This document shows, piece after piece, positions 61,610 through 64,000 of a stretch of DNA of 64,000 nucleotides (position 1 is its first letter; each line of letters begins with the position of its first letter). The notes under the pieces were generated by a model, which saw nothing but the letters and a program-made list of their open reading frames with translations, was not told the DNA's origin and searched no databases. Source of the DNA: Raja brachyura (taxonomy: Eukaryota); assembly GCA_963514005.1 (NCBI GenBank), contig OY740794.1:46872001-46936000 (forward strand), written 5' to 3'. The position numbers and the translations under genes were made by a program.

Positions 61610-62540
61610 ATATTAATGATTTGGCAGAGGGAATTAGGAGCAACACTAGCAAGTTTGCGGATGACACAAAGCTGGGTGGCAGTGTGAACTGTGAAGAGGA
61701 TGTTAGGAGGTTGCAGGGGGACCTGGACAGGTTGAGTGAGTGGGAAGATGCGTGGCAGATGCAGTATAATATAGATAAATGTGAGGTTATCCACTTTGGC
61801 AGCAAAAACAAGGGGGCAGATTATTATCTCAATGGGGTTAGGTTAGGTAAGGGGGAGGTACAGCGAGACCTGGGTGTCCTTGTACACCAGTCACTGAAAG
61901 TTGGCGTGCAGGTACAGCAGGCAGTGAAGAAAGCTAATGGAATGTTGGCGTTCATAACAAGAGGATTTCAGTATAGGAGTAAAGAGGTTCTTCTGCAGTT
62001 CATAGGGCTCTGGTGAGACCACATCTGGAGTATTGTGTACAGTTTTGGTCTCCTAATTTGAGGAAGGACATCCTTGAGGCAGTGCAGCGTAGGTTCACGA
62101 GATTGATTTGGGAAGGCGGGACTGTCATATGATAAAAGATTGAAAAGACTGGGCTTGTATTCACTGGAGTTTAGAAGGATGAGGGGCGAACTTATAGAAA
62201 CATATAAAATTATAACAGGACTGGAAAAGCTAGATGCAGGAAAAATGTTCCCAATGTTGGGTGAGTCCAGAACCAGGGGCCACAGTCTTAGAATAAAGGG
62301 GAGGTCATTTAAGACTGAGGTGAGAAAAAACGAGGGCAGTGGAGGCCAAATCACTGGATGGATTCAAGAGAGAGTTGGATAGAGCTCTAGGGGCTAGTGG
62401 AGTCAAGGGATATGGGGAGAAGGAGGGCACGGGTTATTGAAAGTGGATGATCAGCCATGATCACAATGAATGGCGGTGCTGTCACGAAGAGCCCAATGGC
62501 CTCCTCCTGCACCTATTTTCTATGTTTCTATGTTTCTATG
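61610..62540 (+). mobile_element. CR1 LINE 3' fragment
   Basis: INDL..SKFADDTKLGG..WQMQYNIDKCEVIHFG and a TTTCTATG tail. Confidence 0.92.
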
Positions 62541-62633
62541 AATAAAACATCATCTATCTATGTTTTCCAGCAATGCTGCCTGACGCGCTGAATTAGTGGG
62601 GTGTGAAACTGTGATAACATAGAAGGTCATAAG

Positions 62634-63170
62634 GTCATAAGGAATAGTAGAATTGGACCATTTGGCCCATCAAGTTTACTCTGCCATTCAATCATGGCTG
62701 ATTTATCTCTCCTTCCTAACCTCATTCCCCTGCCTTCTCCCCATAACCTCTGACACCCATACTAATCAAGAATCTATCTACAGTATCACTGCCTTAAATA
62801 TATCCACTGACTTGGCCTCCACAGCCTTCTGTGGCAAAGAATTCCACAGATTCGCCACCCTCTTACTAAAGACATTTCTCCTCATCTCCAGCCTAAAAGA
62901 ACATCCTTTAATTCTGAGGCTATGATCTCTAGTCCTAGACTCTCCCACCAGTGGAAACATCCTCGCCACATCCACTCTTTCCAAGCCTTTCACTATTCTG
63001 TATGTTTCAATGAGGTCTCCCCTCATTTTTCTAAACTCCATTGATTACAAGCCGAATGCCGACAAACGCTCATCATAGGTTAGTAAACTAATTCCTGGGA
63101 TCATTCTTGTAAACCTCCTCTGGACCCTCACAAGAGCCAGCACATCCTTTCTCAGATATGTTGCCCACAA
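62634..63170 (-). mobile_element. CR1 LINE 3' fragment
   Basis: EFRKMRGDLIETY..RTRDHSLRI..LWNSLPQK. Confidence 0.88.
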
Positions 63171-64000
63171 TTGGTCCCAGAACCATTGTCCAGGTGATCG
63201 CTGGTTGGCATGGGCTCAGTGGACCTCAGTGGATCATACTGTGTCTCCTAAGTAAACAACTCTAGAAGGTGACCACCATAAAATGCGGGGTAAACAAAAA
63301 TGGGACTAATATAGGGATTTTGTAAATTGTTGGTCGATGTTCAATGCAGTCTCACTGGGCTGAAGGACCTGTTTTCAAGCTCTATCCCTCCCGGAGTCTA
63401 TGAACGTAATCTTTAATTGAAATTTAGAACCTTCTACTGAAGAGTAACCAAGTGAACGACAAAGCGTCCCTTGTCTGTAACAAATCCCTTCTGGTATTGC
63501 TTGCTTGTGCTAAGAAGGAGTTCTAAATATGGAGCCACAAGATCAGACTGCTGCATATAGACAGCTTGCTTAACTAATTGGTATTTTTCCCATAAACTAG
63601 TTCCAACATTATTGTTCCACTGGAAATTGGCAAGTCAATTTTCACCCTCACCACGACCAAGAAATTTAACAGGAAACCATGAGTTCATAAAAGTCTGGTG
63701 CTTTGTGATAAATGTAGTAGGTATTGACATGACTCTGAATGATATCATGCTCTAGCACTTTGCAGCCATGTCTACAAGTAATGAAAATTCTGTCTTAACT
63801 GTTCATATTTATAATTGTCCTTCAAGTGTGGATAACTCACTGAAATTATGTTGTTACTTTCACTGTGCTTGTCGTACATAGGCAGTAATTCCAGATTAAA
63901 ATGTGATCGTGTTCATACAATAATGATCCCAAAGGCAATTTCGATGGAGATGCTTAGTTTAAGAATCTTTATTTGCTTATTTTTTGACAGCCATGGAAGG

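Overview
Eukaryotic, repeat-rich vertebrate DNA, most likely a cartilaginous fish such as a skate or ray (inferred from HE1-type SINEs, abundant CR1 LINEs and Penelope remnants). Two + strand protein-coding genes are supported by manual splicing. (1) COPS9/MYEOV2: three exons (9824-9886, 14944-15016, 18159-18196) encoding 57 aa. (2) A large secreted actinodin-like gene: exons 41258-41327, 44943-44987, possibly 46483-46533, 47910-48061 and 50422-54213, about 1352 aa (1369 aa with the extra exon), with about 53 C(D/N)PxxDPxC motifs. Its non-repetitive N-terminus resembles augurin/ECRG4, otospiralin and the UCMA/Gla-type propeptide, suggesting an unappreciated relationship among these secreted proteins; these comparisons use recalled sequences and need checking. 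The rest is mobile DNA: CR1, L1, RTE-X, Rex1-like and Penelope remnants (several with hammerhead-ribozyme-like cores), an IR/DR Tc1 element, a non-autonomous TIR element and two non-autonomous Helitrons with A^T target sites. There is one assembly gap (41656-41783). A further gene may begin at the far right edge.
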